A DNA stretch of 63,856 nt, the filler included, from an uncultured Myxococcia bacterium (GTDB lineage: Bacteria > CAZTWC01): assembly GCA_964617105.1 (NCBI GenBank). It is 3 parts of 3 records of this genome, joined end to end, with 100 filler letters (N's around TTAATTAATTAA, not from the genome) between each part and the next. Parts side by side here need not be neighbours in the genome. Positions count along the whole stretch, not along the records: positions 1 to 24,223 come from CAZTWC010000022.1; positions 24,324 to 48,036 come from CAZTWC010000023.1; 1 more part is not named here. One strand, written 5' to 3'. Shown here in pieces: positions 17,876 to 27,636 of the stretch. The position numbers were made by a program, and so were the translations under genes. A model generated the notes under the pieces. The model was not told where the DNA came from. It saw only the letters and a program-made list of their open reading frames with translations, and did not search any database. The stretch's first letter is position 1; every line of letters begins with the position of its first letter.

Positions 17876-20029
17876 ATGATCAGGGTTGGTGACATTGTTG
17901 ACAATTTATCTACTTACCATCCTAACGCAGACCTGGAATTAATTAACAAAGCCTATATTGTTGCTTCCATGGCTCATCGCGGTCAAATCCGTAAAAGTCA
18001 GGAACCTTACTTTAACCATCCTCTCCATGTGGCCTATCTGATTACCCGCCTCAATCTGGATGAAGCCAGTGTATGCTGCGGACTACTTCACGATACCGTC
18101 GAAGATACCGATACCACGTTAGAAGATATTAAAAACGGTTTTGGGGAAGAGATTGCCGGGCTGGTAGATGGCATGACCAAATTAAATCAGATAGAGTACT
18201 CTTCCAAGGAGGATCAACAGGCAGAAAATTTCCGCAAATTGGTAGTGGCTACCTCTAAAGATATCAGAGTAATTTTAATTAAACTGGCCGACCGATATCA
18301 CAACATGAGCACTTTGGGATCGATGCCGCCCCACAAGCAGGAACGGATCGCTGCAGAAACTTTCCAGATCTATGCTCCGCTGGCCAACCGGCTGGGCATT
18401 GGTTGGATAAAAACCGAGTTGGAGGATATATCTTTTAAATATCTTTATCCTAACGAATATAAAGAGATCCGCGACAATATTGACAAAACCAAAGAGGAGA
18501 GAAAAAAATATATTCAGATGATGGAAAAACTTCTGAAAGAGAAACTGAACCAAATAAATATAACGTCTCAGGTCTTTGGCAGGGCGAAACACATTACCAG
18601 TATTTACCGTAAAATGAAACGCTCCAACATCGATTTCGATCAGGTATACGATATTATCGCCTTTAGAATTCTCACTAAGACTATCCCGGAGTGCTATGAA
18701 GTTTTGGGACTTATTCACGGCAATTGGAAACCGCTAAACAAACGATTCAAAGATTATATCGGCATACCCAAACCAAATCTTTATCGTTCTCTCCATACCA
18801 CCGTAGTTGGCCCTAAAGGGGAGATGGTAGAGGTCCAAATTCGGACAGAAGAGATGAATATGGTAGCGGAGGAGGGGATCGCCGCCCACTGGAGGTACAA
18901 GGAGAAAAACAAAAAATTAAACATCAAGGACCATGAGCAATTTTCCTGGTTGAGACAACTTGGCGAATGGGTCACCAGTCTGAAAGACCCTAAAGAGTTC
19001 TGGGAAATTGTCAAAGTCGATCTGTTTACTGATGAGGTTTATGCTTTTACACCAAGGGGAGAAGTAAAGGCGCTGCCAGAAGGAGCCACACCGATAGACT
19101 TTGCCTATGCCATCCATACCGAGGTAGGAGATAACTGTGTGGGGGCCAAAGTCAACGGCAGAATTGTTCCGCTTCGGTATCAAATATCCAACGGTGACAT
19201 GATAGAGATTATCACCGCTAAAAACTCCAAGCCCAACAAAGATTGGCTGCAATTTATCAAATCTGCCCGGGCTAAAGCCAAAATCAGAAGCTACTTGAAA
19301 AAAGAGCAAAGAGAGAGAAGTCTGCAGTTGGGTCGGGAACTTTTAGACAAAGACCTGAAAAAATACGGCACTTCGCTAAATAAAGTGCTCAAGTCGGGGA
19401 GTTTAGAGCTAGTAGCGCAGGAAGATAAATACAACAACGCCGAAGAGTTGCTCACCGCTCTGGGATTCGGCAGAATAGCCACCAAGGTAGTAGTGGAACA
19501 ACTGGTTCCCCAGGATAAACTGAAAAAGCCTAAAAAAGAAACCGGGAAAGTTGGGCAATTTGTCCAGCGGATGATGGGGAATCAAAGTTCTGGTATTTCA
19601 GTAGGTGGAGAAAACGATATTCTCTCCCAGTACGCCAAATGCTGCAATCCTTTGCCAGGTGATGACATCATTGGTTTCATCACCCGGGGACGGGGCATGA
19701 CTATCCATCGGTGTGACTGCTCCAAGGTTCTGGATCAGGATGAAAACCGGAGAATAGCCATCCAGTGGGATGTAAAGGATGACTTTACCAGGCCTATCAC
19801 CTTAAAAGTGCTCTGCGATGATAAACCGGGAATTCTAGCCGATATGAGCATGTCTTTCTCCGAGGAAAAAATCAATATCACCCAGGCCCATTGCCGTCCT
19901 GCAGATGATCACAAACGCGCAGTAAATATTTTTAAGGTTGAAGTAAAAGGGATTGAGCAATTAAACCAGTTGGTGCGCAGATTAAAAAGGGTAAAAGGGG
20001 TAGTTTCTGTAGAAAGAGTAAGTTCCTAA
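17876..20029 (+). CDS. rel: Bifunctional (p)ppGpp synthetase/hydrolase (long RSH)
   Basis: HDTVED hydrolase motif, RFKDYI, YRSLHT, EVQIRT, TGS (TPIDFAYAIHT), CC motif and ACT domain. ATG at 17876 after GAGGT. Confidence 0.95.
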   Translation: MIRVGDIVDNLSTYHPNADLELINKAYIVASMAHRGQIRKSQEPYFNHPLHVAYLITRLNLDEASVCCGLLHDTVEDTDTTLEDIKNGFGEEIAGLVDGMTKLNQIEYSSKEDQQAENFRKLVVATSKDIRVILIKLADRYHNMSTLGSMPPHKQERIAAETFQIYAPLANRLGIGWIKTELEDISFKYLYPNEYKEIRDNIDKTKEERKKYIQMMEKLLKEKLNQINITSQVFGRAKHITSIYRKMKRSNIDFDQVYDIIAFRILTKTIPECYEVLGLIHGNWKPLNKRFKDYIGIPKPNLYRSLHTTVVGPKGEMVEVQIRTEEMNMVAEEGIAAHWRYKEKNKKLNIKDHEQFSWLRQLGEWVTSLKDPKEFWEIVKVDLFTDEVYAFTPRGEVKALPEGATPIDFAYAIHTEVGDNCVGAKVNGRIVPLRYQISNGDMIEIITAKNSKPNKDWLQFIKSARAKAKIRSYLKKEQRERSLQLGRELLDKDLKKYGTSLNKVLKSGSLELVAQEDKYNNAEELLTALGFGRIATKVVVEQLVPQDKLKKPKKETGKVGQFVQRMMGNQSSGISVGGENDILSQYAKCCNPLPGDDIIGFITRGRGMTIHRCDCSKVLDQDENRRIAIQWDVKDDFTRPITLKVLCDDKPGILADMSMSFSEEKINITQAHCRPADDHKRAVNIFKVEVKGIEQLNQLVRRLKRVKGVVSVERVSS

Positions 20030-20119
20030 ACTGCCAAGAACCAGTTTTCGAGATTTAACGCCTAACCATAGTCCATTTGGAAATTAACTTGGTTGCGAAC
20101 ATTAGGAGGTTTGATACCA

Positions 20120-20506
20120 ATGAGAGAAGTGATTACCAGCAAAGAAGCACCAGGTGCTATTGGCCCCTATTCCCAGGCTATTTTAGCCAAAGGAGAAAAA
20201 ATGCTATTTATTTCAGGCCAAATCCCTTTGGACCCTGAAAGCGGCAAAATGGTAGAGGGAGATATAAAAGCACAAACAACTCGAGTAATGGCTAACCTGG
20301 AAGGGGTGCTCAAAGCGGCAAAGATGAATTTTTCCCAGGTGGCAAAAACCACTATATATCTAATAGATATGGAAGATTTTGCCGCTGTAAACGAAGTCTA
20401 CGGACAATATTTCCCCAAAAACCCACCGGCCAGAGCAACCGTAGCAGTAAGAGGATTACCTCTGGGAGTCAGAGTAGAAATGGATATGGTAGCAGTAGGA
20501 GAGTGA
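20120..20506 (+). CDS. ridA: RidA/YjgF reactive-intermediate deaminase
   Basis: APGAIGPYSQA, ISGQIPLDP, FAAVNEVYGQYF, PPARATVAV..LPLG..VE. ATG after AGGAGG. Confidence 0.93.
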   Translation: MREVITSKEAPGAIGPYSQAILAKGEKMLFISGQIPLDPESGKMVEGDIKAQTTRVMANLEGVLKAAKMNFSQVAKTTIYLIDMEDFAAVNEVYGQYFPKNPPARATVAVRGLPLGVRVEMDMVAVGE

Positions 20507-20544
20507 GGCGTCCGTAGATGCGCTGCTGTCAACACCAAAGAATT

Positions 20545-20669
20545 AGTTGATGTCGAGAGTAGTGTGGATGCAAGGCGCTCGAAACGATTTAACCGGAGGT
20601 GTATAATAATACTCCGAGGATTAAATCGTTTCGAGCAGCGCAGCAGACGCGCTGCTATCGACATCAACT
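20545..20669. repeat. ERIC/IRU-like 125-bp imperfect palindromic intergenic element
   Basis: Termini AGTTGATGTCGA / TCGACATCAACT; inner stem GCTCGAAACGATTTAA / TTAAATCGTTTCGAGC; internal CAAGGCG, GGAGGTGTA..TAC and CAGCGCAG. Confidence 0.75.
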
Positions 20670-20951
20670 CTTGAAGAGGGCGTCTAGTTTAGACTTGGCC
20701 TGCGCCGCCACATCCTCCGAATTAACCTCGGGTTTTCCCTCTTTGAACTTGAAAAAATGGCAAAAATTTGACCTTTCCCGGTCTCTGACATAAAGACTCA
20801 AAGGCTCCCGGCACTGATTGCGGGAATTCTCTTCATGAAGGATGCAGTTCAAGCATACATGCAAATCTGTTCCGCAATGTATACAAGTATCACCCCTACC
20901 GACTTCAAAATCGACCTCCAGTTCTCGGCCACATTTAAAACAGTAATACAT
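20664..20951 (-). CDS. Small Cys-rich zinc-binding conserved hypothetical protein
   Basis: MYYCFKCG..CIHCG..CLNC..C..RSNFCHFF..AKSKLDALFK. ATG at 20951 follows GGAGG. Confidence 0.75.
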   Translation of the reverse strand: MYYCFKCGRELEVDFEVGRGDTCIHCGTDLHVCLNCILHEENSRNQCREPLSLYVRDRERSNFCHFFKFKEGKPEVNSEDVAAQAKSKLDALFKS

Positions 20952-20952
20952 T

Positions 20953-21258
20953 TTAATCCTCCGCATCTTTAATGGCATCTCGCATCTCATTTTTTAAGAC
21001 CCGAACTCCATTTTCCAATTTCTCTTTGCCTTTTTGCTTTATATAATCTTGCCCTTTTTCTACTCTATCAATCAGTAGTTTCTTGATGTTCTTGATGTTT
21101 TGAGGTGTTTCTTTGCCTGTATATCGCAAATATCCAAAGTATAGGCCTACTACTAGAAACAAAATTATAAAAATTACAATTAGTCGTTTAATCAAAAAAT
21201 AAATTATTATTGCGAACAGTATAAGAATACCCAGCAAGACATAAGGATTCTCCAACAC
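20953..21258 (-). CDS. Small membrane protein (two N-terminal TM helices)
   Basis: GTG start after AGGAGG; hydrophobic first half, charged helical tail. Confidence 0.7.
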   Translation of the reverse strand: MLENPYVLLGILILFAIIIYFLIKRLIVIFIILFLVVGLYFGYLRYTGKETPQNIKNIKKLLIDRVEKGQDYIKQKGKEKLENGVRVLKNEMRDAIKDAED

Positions 21259-21430
21259 TTTGGCCTCCTTCTGAATATTAACGTATCATTGGCAAATCAA
21301 TAAAATTCATGGATCTCAATATCGGCTATGGATTTTATATCTATCAAAAGATTATCTGAAAATATATTTTCTGTCAATTGCCTCTCACAATTTGATCTTC
21401 AGGATTATCGCCCCGACTCTTCGAATCTCC

Positions 21431-21460
21431 TTGACAGATTTACTCTTTTTACGTTAAAAT
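21431..21460 (+). promoter_or_regulatory. Sigma70-type promoter for the MXAN_5187-like gene
   Basis: TTGACA-18 nt-TAAAAT, about 55 bp upstream of the ATG. Confidence 0.55.
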
Positions 21461-21514
21461 TTCTTATTATCTCTATTACCTTTTCAAAATATCCAAAAAA
21501 ATAGGTGATAAACT

Positions 21515-23026
21515 ATGGTTAGATTCAAACTGCTCTTAACCCTATTTGTAACTATCGGCATTTTTACATTCGTAGTTCATAATATTATCCTCAATAAATA
21601 TGAGCAACACCAGTTGGATGCTATCAAGAATGAGACTAAAAGTATCCAGGAGATATTTGCCCGGGTCCAGGCCAACGATTACGAATATTTAAAAACCACG
21701 GCTAAAAAAATTGCCGGGAAAAGAAATATTAGAGATATTATTGATTCAGATACCCAGATAGAACAAAAAGCAAATTTGCTTCAGCAGGAAGTTGCGGTTG
21801 CTAACGCCTCCTTGCGGGCCGAAGTAATGTTAATTACCGATGAATACGGTAAAATCCTTGTTAAGGACAAGCAACTGGACGTTTACCAGAGTGATGGACT
21901 TAACCGCTTCCCAATTATTTCTGATTGCCTTAGCGGCAATGCAACTGCTACTATTACCCTGAAAGATGAACAACTTAAAAAAGAGGTTTGCGCCCCTATT
22001 TTAATAAATGAACAATTAAAAGGGATCGTGTTTTTCCAGCAAAAATTTTCCGGTGTGCATGCTTATAAAAATGCCCTGCTTACCAACAGTTCCTTTGTAT
22101 ATTATCTACCCAACAAAGTAGTTTCCTCCACCTTGACAGTAACAGAAGAACAAAACTTTGCCGAATTTATCAAAGATAAGCCCAATTTAATCAGAGAGAT
22201 AGTTAAAAATTATCGCACCTCAAATCCTCTCAATATTACCCTGGACAAGCAACACTTTATTGCAATTTTAGCACCCATAAAAAAATCAGAAGGTAATCCG
22301 GGGGGTTACGCTATTTTAAAGCCTATCACCCAGCGGACAGAAAAACTCGAGCTTTTAAAGAGTTCTATTCCCCTGCTAGGCATATTGGTTTTCCTGGTTG
22401 GAGCAATTTTTGTATTGATTATTGCGGGCAATGTTCTTCGTCCTCTGGAGATGGTGGAGCAGGGAGTATTGGAAGTTATTTGTGGAAAATTCGATTATAT
22501 TTTCAAACCATACAAAAAATCGATAGATGGTTCGCTAGCGCACCACTTGAATATAATGACTGCCATCTTGCAAGGTAAAGAACCGCCAGATTCGCAGATA
22601 CACGGCTGCCAGGACTGGCTGGAAGAACTCATTGACGAAGGGGAACTAGAAATTACTGAAAATGACCGGCAAGAGGAAGATAAAACTTCACCTTCGGCAG
22701 AATCTAAGCCAACGTTGGTAAATATAGAAGATGAGTCCAGCAAACCAACCACAACACCGGAGACTGTTGTAACGCCCAAACCCGCCGATGGACCTATGCA
22801 AGAGGCCTTGAAAGAGGAACAATATTACAGTGAATTGTTTAAGAAGTATATCGAGGCTAAAGAAAAAGTAGGCGATGATGTCAACCAAATCACCATGGAA
22901 CGGTTCATCGACAAACTAAAAAATAATGAAAAAAACCTGATGGGCAAATACGACTGCAAAAAGGTAATATTTGAAGTTGTGATTAGTGATGATAAGGTCA
23001 ACCTTAAGCCACTAATTTTAACCTAG
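21515..23026 (+). CDS. Membrane protein with Cache-like periplasmic domain, HAMP-like linker and MXAN_5187-type C-terminal domain
   Basis: TM-sensor-TM layout; C-terminus YYSELFKKYIEAKEKVGD..ITMERFIDKLKNNE..YDCKKVIFEVVISDDKVNLKP. Confidence 0.7.
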   Translation: MVRFKLLLTLFVTIGIFTFVVHNIILNKYEQHQLDAIKNETKSIQEIFARVQANDYEYLKTTAKKIAGKRNIRDIIDSDTQIEQKANLLQQEVAVANASLRAEVMLITDEYGKILVKDKQLDVYQSDGLNRFPIISDCLSGNATATITLKDEQLKKEVCAPILINEQLKGIVFFQQKFSGVHAYKNALLTNSSFVYYLPNKVVSSTLTVTEEQNFAEFIKDKPNLIREIVKNYRTSNPLNITLDKQHFIAILAPIKKSEGNPGGYAILKPITQRTEKLELLKSSIPLLGILVFLVGAIFVLIIAGNVLRPLEMVEQGVLEVICGKFDYIFKPYKKSIDGSLAHHLNIMTAILQGKEPPDSQIHGCQDWLEELIDEGELEITENDRQEEDKTSPSAESKPTLVNIEDESSKPTTTPETVVTPKPADGPMQEALKEEQYYSELFKKYIEAKEKVGDDVNQITMERFIDKLKNNEKNLMGKYDCKKVIFEVVISDDKVNLKPLILT

Positions 23027-23057
23027 TAAGAATTTGGATGCATCCCGGCTAAACACT

Positions 23058-23720
23058 CTAAAACCTATAACCTGCTGCAAGCCTACAACCTAAAAAATAT
23101 CTTTCTTTCAATACTACTCCGCCCAACTGGAGCCGAAATTCTGCCGGTATTTCCAAGATATTGTCCATCAAAACTCTATACCCTATGGCTGAAGATAGTC
23201 CCAGCAGCAGCTGAGATGCCTTTTCCTTTTTCCCCATAACCTCTATTTCAGAATAATTGGCTAAAGCAGTGGGACCAGTTTTTATAAAGGCCCCCCCCTG
23301 GGCTAGAGGGAAAAAAAACAGCAGATGACAGGAGTAAAAGTTTTTCCGATTTTTTACTCCTATCACCGATGTTCCCTGACCTCTGGTAATAGACAAAATC
23401 TCCATCTCCCAGGCCAGGCGCGGATGAACAAAACCGGTAAGACCTCCCCCTCGGGATTGCTGGCCCATGAAACCATTGCCCAGAGTATCCCGACTATACT
23501 CCACACCCCAAAAACCTGAGAGAACATACTGCTTTCCAACCTGGGGCAGATGCTCTTTGGCAAAAACCGGCCTGGTCAGAAAAAATCCTCCAACCAATAA
23601 AAAAATCAGGAGGAGATAACTCCATACTCTAAAGCATCTCTTAGGATATTTTAAGAACGAAGAGAATTCCCGGGATTTCAATGCCGGGTTGACCCATGAA
23701 TTATAGCATTTTTTAATCAT
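23058..23720 (-). CDS. Small outer-membrane beta-barrel-like hypothetical protein
   Basis: Signal-like segment ending VFA-K; beta-strand pattern; C-terminal AGYRF. Confidence 0.55.
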   Translation of the reverse strand: MIKKCYNSWVNPALKSREFSSFLKYPKRCFRVWSYLLLIFLLVGGFFLTRPVFAKEHLPQVGKQYVLSGFWGVEYSRDTLGNGFMGQQSRGGGLTGFVHPRLAWEMEILSITRGQGTSVIGVKNRKNFYSCHLLFFFPLAQGGAFIKTGPTALANYSEIEVMGKKEKASQLLLGLSSAIGYRVLMDNILEIPAEFRLQLGGVVLKERYFLGCRLAAGYRF

Positions 23721-24223
23721 TTTTTGAGAAGGCCATCAATCTTACCAGCCAGAGCCGGATAAACCTGTTTAAATATTTGAGACGCCTTTTCCCTTTTCTG
23801 ATCGGGGAGTTGAGAGATAAAATAGTTAGCCGCCAGGGTAAAATCAAATTGGCTGGCGTGGGTGGTTATCAGGCTCTTAAACTTTTTAAAAAAGTTATAC
23901 AAGAATTGGCCGGTGAGACCGGGAATCACTTCACTCTCCAGTCTAAATAGAGCGTGGGCCCAGATGGAGCCTAAATAATGAGGTTCCAGCCGGCCTGGTT
24001 GGTGATTTCCATATTCCTCTATTTGGCGATGCAAGTCGGCATCGTATCTCTTGGGCAGGGACAGATTTCGATATACTACCTGAGAAAAATCGGCCGGAAA
24101 GGAGGAGGAAAAAAAATAGGGTTGGCCGCTCACCTTAAAGGCGATAAAATCGGCGCTACCCTCCTCGATAGCAGTGGTGATCAATTCCAACCGCCCCTCA
24201 ATCTGGCTTAAGGGCAAATCAGA
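23717..24223 (-). CDS. Hypothetical protein, C-terminal part (5' end lost at the contig edge)
   Basis: Frame stays open up to the N linker; stop overlaps the next start (ATGA). Confidence 0.55.
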   Translation of the reverse strand, partial: SDLPLSQIEGRLELITTAIEEGSADFIAFKVSGQPYFFSSSFPADFSQVVYRNLSLPKRYDADLHRQIEEYGNHQPGRLEPHYLGSIWAHALFRLESEVIPGLTGQFLYNFFKKFKSLITTHASQFDFTLAANYFISQLPDQKREKASQIFKQVYPALAGKIDGLLKK

Positions 24224-24323
24224 NNNNNNNNNNNNNNNNNNNNNNNNNNNNNNNNNNNNNNNNNNNNTTAATTAATTAANNNNNNNNNNNNNNNNNNNNN
24301 NNNNNNNNNNNNNNNNNNNNNNN
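24224..24323. other. Artificial contig linker (N44-TTAATTAATTAA-N44)
   Basis: Exactly 100 bp with a six-frame stop spacer; identical copy at 48037-48136. Confidence 0.97.
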
Positions 24324-25211
24324 AAAACGGAAATGGTTCTTTTCCGCCCCTTCCAGGTTATATTGTCCCCGGTTTTTTTCCGCCCATACATATCCTCCCT
24401 CACCGTGCAGACCCACCTGCAAAATCTCTCCGCTGAAACTACCTCCAGCCAGATGCCAGCGGGTCTGTCCCAGGACATTTTCCGGCGCAATTTTATTGGC
24501 TAACACGCTCTGCAGATCTTGTCGTTGAATTGTGGCGGCCACATAGAGCAGAGAGATATCCCAAAGATCCTGGTGGGTTTTCAACCTCAACATCCAGTCT
24601 CCGTCTTCGACCCGCTGGAAATCACGGGATCGCTGATGGGAGGTGCCAAAAAAGTAGGTTATCTCCAACTCATTATCTTCCAGAAAGGTGAGGCTCCCCA
24701 TAATGGCATCAGTCCCCTCCACTTCATATCCGGGATTAAGGGGATCTTTACGGTTGATCAAATCGATAGGATTAAAGGCATACCCAGTGCCCAGGTAGAT
24801 TTTTTGGCGGCCGGCACAAAATTTTAATGGACCAGCAAAAAACATCCCAAAAGCCTCTTGCAGCCAAAGTTGGTTCTGCATGGTATGGATCAGGTATGGT
24901 TGTGCAAAGGCCGGTATAGTATTTCTTTCTCTTTGCGAAAGAAAATCGAAAAGCTCAAAGGTGGTGGCGCCGGTGTATAGATTGCCGATAATGGAAATTC
25001 CGACTTCCACCATTTCTCCCCCGCTAGCATTAAGATTCAAGCGGGTGCGAAAGTTTTGTAAAATGGGAAAAAGTTTTTTGTCTTTCCGGTAATCACCCAA
25101 GGTGGTGCTCTCAAAATAGCCGCCAGCCTGTATATTGTCCTGATCAAAGGCTAAGGCAGCACTATTAATAAGGAAATAATATAGAAACAACAGACAACTA
25201 ATCAATCGCAT
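24324..25211 (-). CDS. Outer-membrane protein of the type that accompanies LolA-like/MMPL pairs (3' end lost at the contig edge)
   Basis: Signal peptide; LQEAF..AGRQKIYLGTGYAFNPIDLIN..DP..EVEGTDA; starts 3 bp after the LolA-like gene. Confidence 0.7.
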
Positions 25212-25214
25212 TTT

Positions 25215-26108
25215 TTAATCCCTGATCTTCTTTCCCAGCCGTCTGGGGTTGAAAATATCTTTGGGCATCTTATGGTTGAATTTAACTTTTTTTAACACAT
25301 TCAGGGTCTGGCCACCATCTTCCAGGTTGGTCATGGTTATGCTCATCTGCACCAATTTTTTGCCGATTTTTTGAACATCTGCCAGAATCAAGCGCTTATG
25401 AGGTTTTTTTTCTCCGGAGTCGAAAAAATCAACTCTGCGGACCAGATAGTCATGTTTTCCTACCCACAGGAGAATTTTATCGTAAGTGGGGCCTTTGGGA
25501 GTGGGTTTTAATTGCAGCAGGTAACAATCTTTTCCCCCCTCTTTTTGTATCTGCAGAGTTTTACCCCGATATTTCTCGCGGTAATTGCCGCCAGCATTGT
25601 CTTCATAGGTAAAATCAGAGCCCATCACCCTCTTTTTACGGGCATGAGAGGCAATTTTTCGGGTGCGGCGGGTAGAAGGAGAATAGTACCAGATATCATC
25701 ACCGTGTTTTAGGATTAAGATTTTTACTCCCTTAATACGGGCAGGCGACAGGTAAACAGAAACCTGCTTTTCCCCATTGTTTATAGCCCACCCCTGGATC
25801 ACCATGGTTCGTTTTGAGCCGCCACTGGTGGTGATGGTTTGGGCCATCTCCATAAAAACAGTTATAAACCCTTCCGCCTTATCGATTTGCTCCAGAATTG
25901 ACTCAGCCGAGGGAAGTTTATTTTTCGTCTCCTGCCCAAAAGTATAGGGGCAAAAGTAGAAAAATGATAAGCAATAGATAACGCTAACCCAAATTGTTAG
26001 GTTCCATGTCAACCCGGCATTAAAATCCCGGGAATTCTTTTCATTTCTAAAAAGTTGCCAACCAGATATAAACTTTGCAGCAAAAATTCTGTCCATAATT
26101 ACATCCAT
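25215..26108 (-). CDS. LolA-like outer-membrane lipoprotein-sorting protein
   Basis: SPARIKGVKIL, IWYYSPSTRRTRKIAS, MGSDFTYED, CYLLQLKP, YDKILLWV. The true start may lie downstream of 26108. Confidence 0.88.
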   Translation of the reverse strand: MDVIMDRIFAAKFISGWQLFRNEKNSRDFNAGLTWNLTIWVSVIYCLSFFYFCPYTFGQETKNKLPSAESILEQIDKAEGFITVFMEMAQTITTSGGSKRTMVIQGWAINNGEKQVSVYLSPARIKGVKILILKHGDDIWYYSPSTRRTRKIASHARKKRVMGSDFTYEDNAGGNYREKYRGKTLQIQKEGGKDCYLLQLKPTPKGPTYDKILLWVGKHDYLVRRVDFFDSGEKKPHKRLILADVQKIGKKLVQMSITMTNLEDGGQTLNVLKKVKFNHKMPKDIFNPRRLGKKIRD

Positions 26109-26262
26109 CTTTGCAGTGCTGTCCAGAGATTCATTATTTTTAGTTCCACCTTAAAAAATCACACAGTTAATTGACTCTGTAAAGTGTTTTTTTGCTTTCT
26201 TTTTCAGGGAGTGATATTTTTTCTTTTATAGTAATCATATTTGCGGTAACATATTCTACACA

Positions 26263-27618
26263 ATGGAAAATTTATATCTAGCATTCAGCCGTGGTCTTTT
26301 TGACCAATGTATTAAATCTATTTTAGACTATCAGCGGAAAACCGGCCAGACCAATCCTGATCTGGACTATTTGCTGCTAATGAGTTATATCCGCGGCAAT
26401 TATACTGACAAAGCGGTTTACCATGCTATTGGCCTCTACCAGTTACTGTTCAGGTTTGAACCCGGCAGTGAGATTTTTCAAAGATATCTCAATTTGCTAA
26501 AAGGTACCAATATCCTGCAAACGGGTATACAGGTTATCAGGGAATTGAAAGAACTAAGCGAGATCGGTCCCGATTATTCAAGTATCTATCAAGATGTTTT
26601 ACAACAGGTAATTATTGATTTGTCCGACCAACAGCGGCAGTTAATCGTTTTCCCGATGATATGGCCAATTGCTTTTGGTGACTCTATTGTTCTGCACCAG
26701 TTTATCAAGCAGAAGAAAAAAGAGAATAGCCAGGCAGCCATTATGCTGATAATGCCGTTGAACAGGCCCGATCTTCAATACTTGGCCGAACTGAATAGTT
26801 CCATCGATTATCTTATTGATATTACCCTGCTGCCGGATCAAGAAAAGAACCGGCTTTCCACTTTGAACTTGAGCAACCAGCGATTTCTCAATGTAACTTT
26901 GCAGGAATGTATTATTCACAGTATATTGGATGAAATAAAAGCAAGTCATATTAACTTTCAGATTGAAAAAACCCGTTACCTGCCACTGCTTGACCGGTAT
27001 AAATATAACGCCGGCTGGCGGATATGGGAAAAACGGGCCGAATTATTTGTAAAATATGGTATTGAATTGCCCAAACTGTGCCTCCAGAAGGAGAAAAAGC
27101 AAAAGAAGATAACGGTTCATTTCAGGGAGGGTGATTATGGGGCTGAATCGAGAAATGTCAAGCCACAGCAGTCCCAGGAATTAATCGACTTACTAAAGAC
27201 TACTTATCCAACTCATGAAATTGTCCGCCTGGGCGATTGCTCTATGACGCCCATGAAAAATTGCCACGACCTTAGCCAGCAGAATTTATCTCTTCAAGCC
27301 CAAATTAAAGAGATCCAGGAGAGTGTTTTATATCTTGGCAGCCATTCCGGCCCTCAGCATTTAGCGATTGCCTGTAGTGATACCCCGGTGATCTGCACCC
27401 ATTATACAGTTGCTCCTGAATGTTTCAATTTTAATGACCAAATCAGCAAAATGTCTTTAGAACCGGTGGGGAAACAAGTTAAAGCGCTTTTATATAATAA
27501 AATGTATGATCAAAACAACAATTTGGTTTTGCCAAATTATGAACACAAAAATGTTCGTGTAGAGCAACCAGTCAATAGTGAAATTATCGAAAAAGTAAAA
27601 CAGGTTATCCAAGGTTAA
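26263..27618 (+). CDS. Putative GT-B glycosyltransferase (TIGR04372/GT9-like) with a helical N-terminal region
   Basis: AFGD, ITVHFREGDY..SRNV, IVRLGD, YLGSHSGPQHLA..TPVIC. Confidence 0.6.
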   Translation: MENLYLAFSRGLFDQCIKSILDYQRKTGQTNPDLDYLLLMSYIRGNYTDKAVYHAIGLYQLLFRFEPGSEIFQRYLNLLKGTNILQTGIQVIRELKELSEIGPDYSSIYQDVLQQVIIDLSDQQRQLIVFPMIWPIAFGDSIVLHQFIKQKKKENSQAAIMLIMPLNRPDLQYLAELNSSIDYLIDITLLPDQEKNRLSTLNLSNQRFLNVTLQECIIHSILDEIKASHINFQIEKTRYLPLLDRYKYNAGWRIWEKRAELFVKYGIELPKLCLQKEKKQKKITVHFREGDYGAESRNVKPQQSQELIDLLKTTYPTHEIVRLGDCSMTPMKNCHDLSQQNLSLQAQIKEIQESVLYLGSHSGPQHLAIACSDTPVICTHYTVAPECFNFNDQISKMSLEPVGKQVKALLYNKMYDQNNNLVLPNYEHKNVRVEQPVNSEIIEKVKQVIQG

Positions 27619-27636
27619 TAATTAAAGGAATGAAAT

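Noticed and set aside
24224-24323. TTAATTAATTAA palindrome repeated at 48081-48092
   Set aside because: It is a six-frame-stop linker embedded in N runs, added when contigs were concatenated. It is not biological, and gene order across it carries no information.
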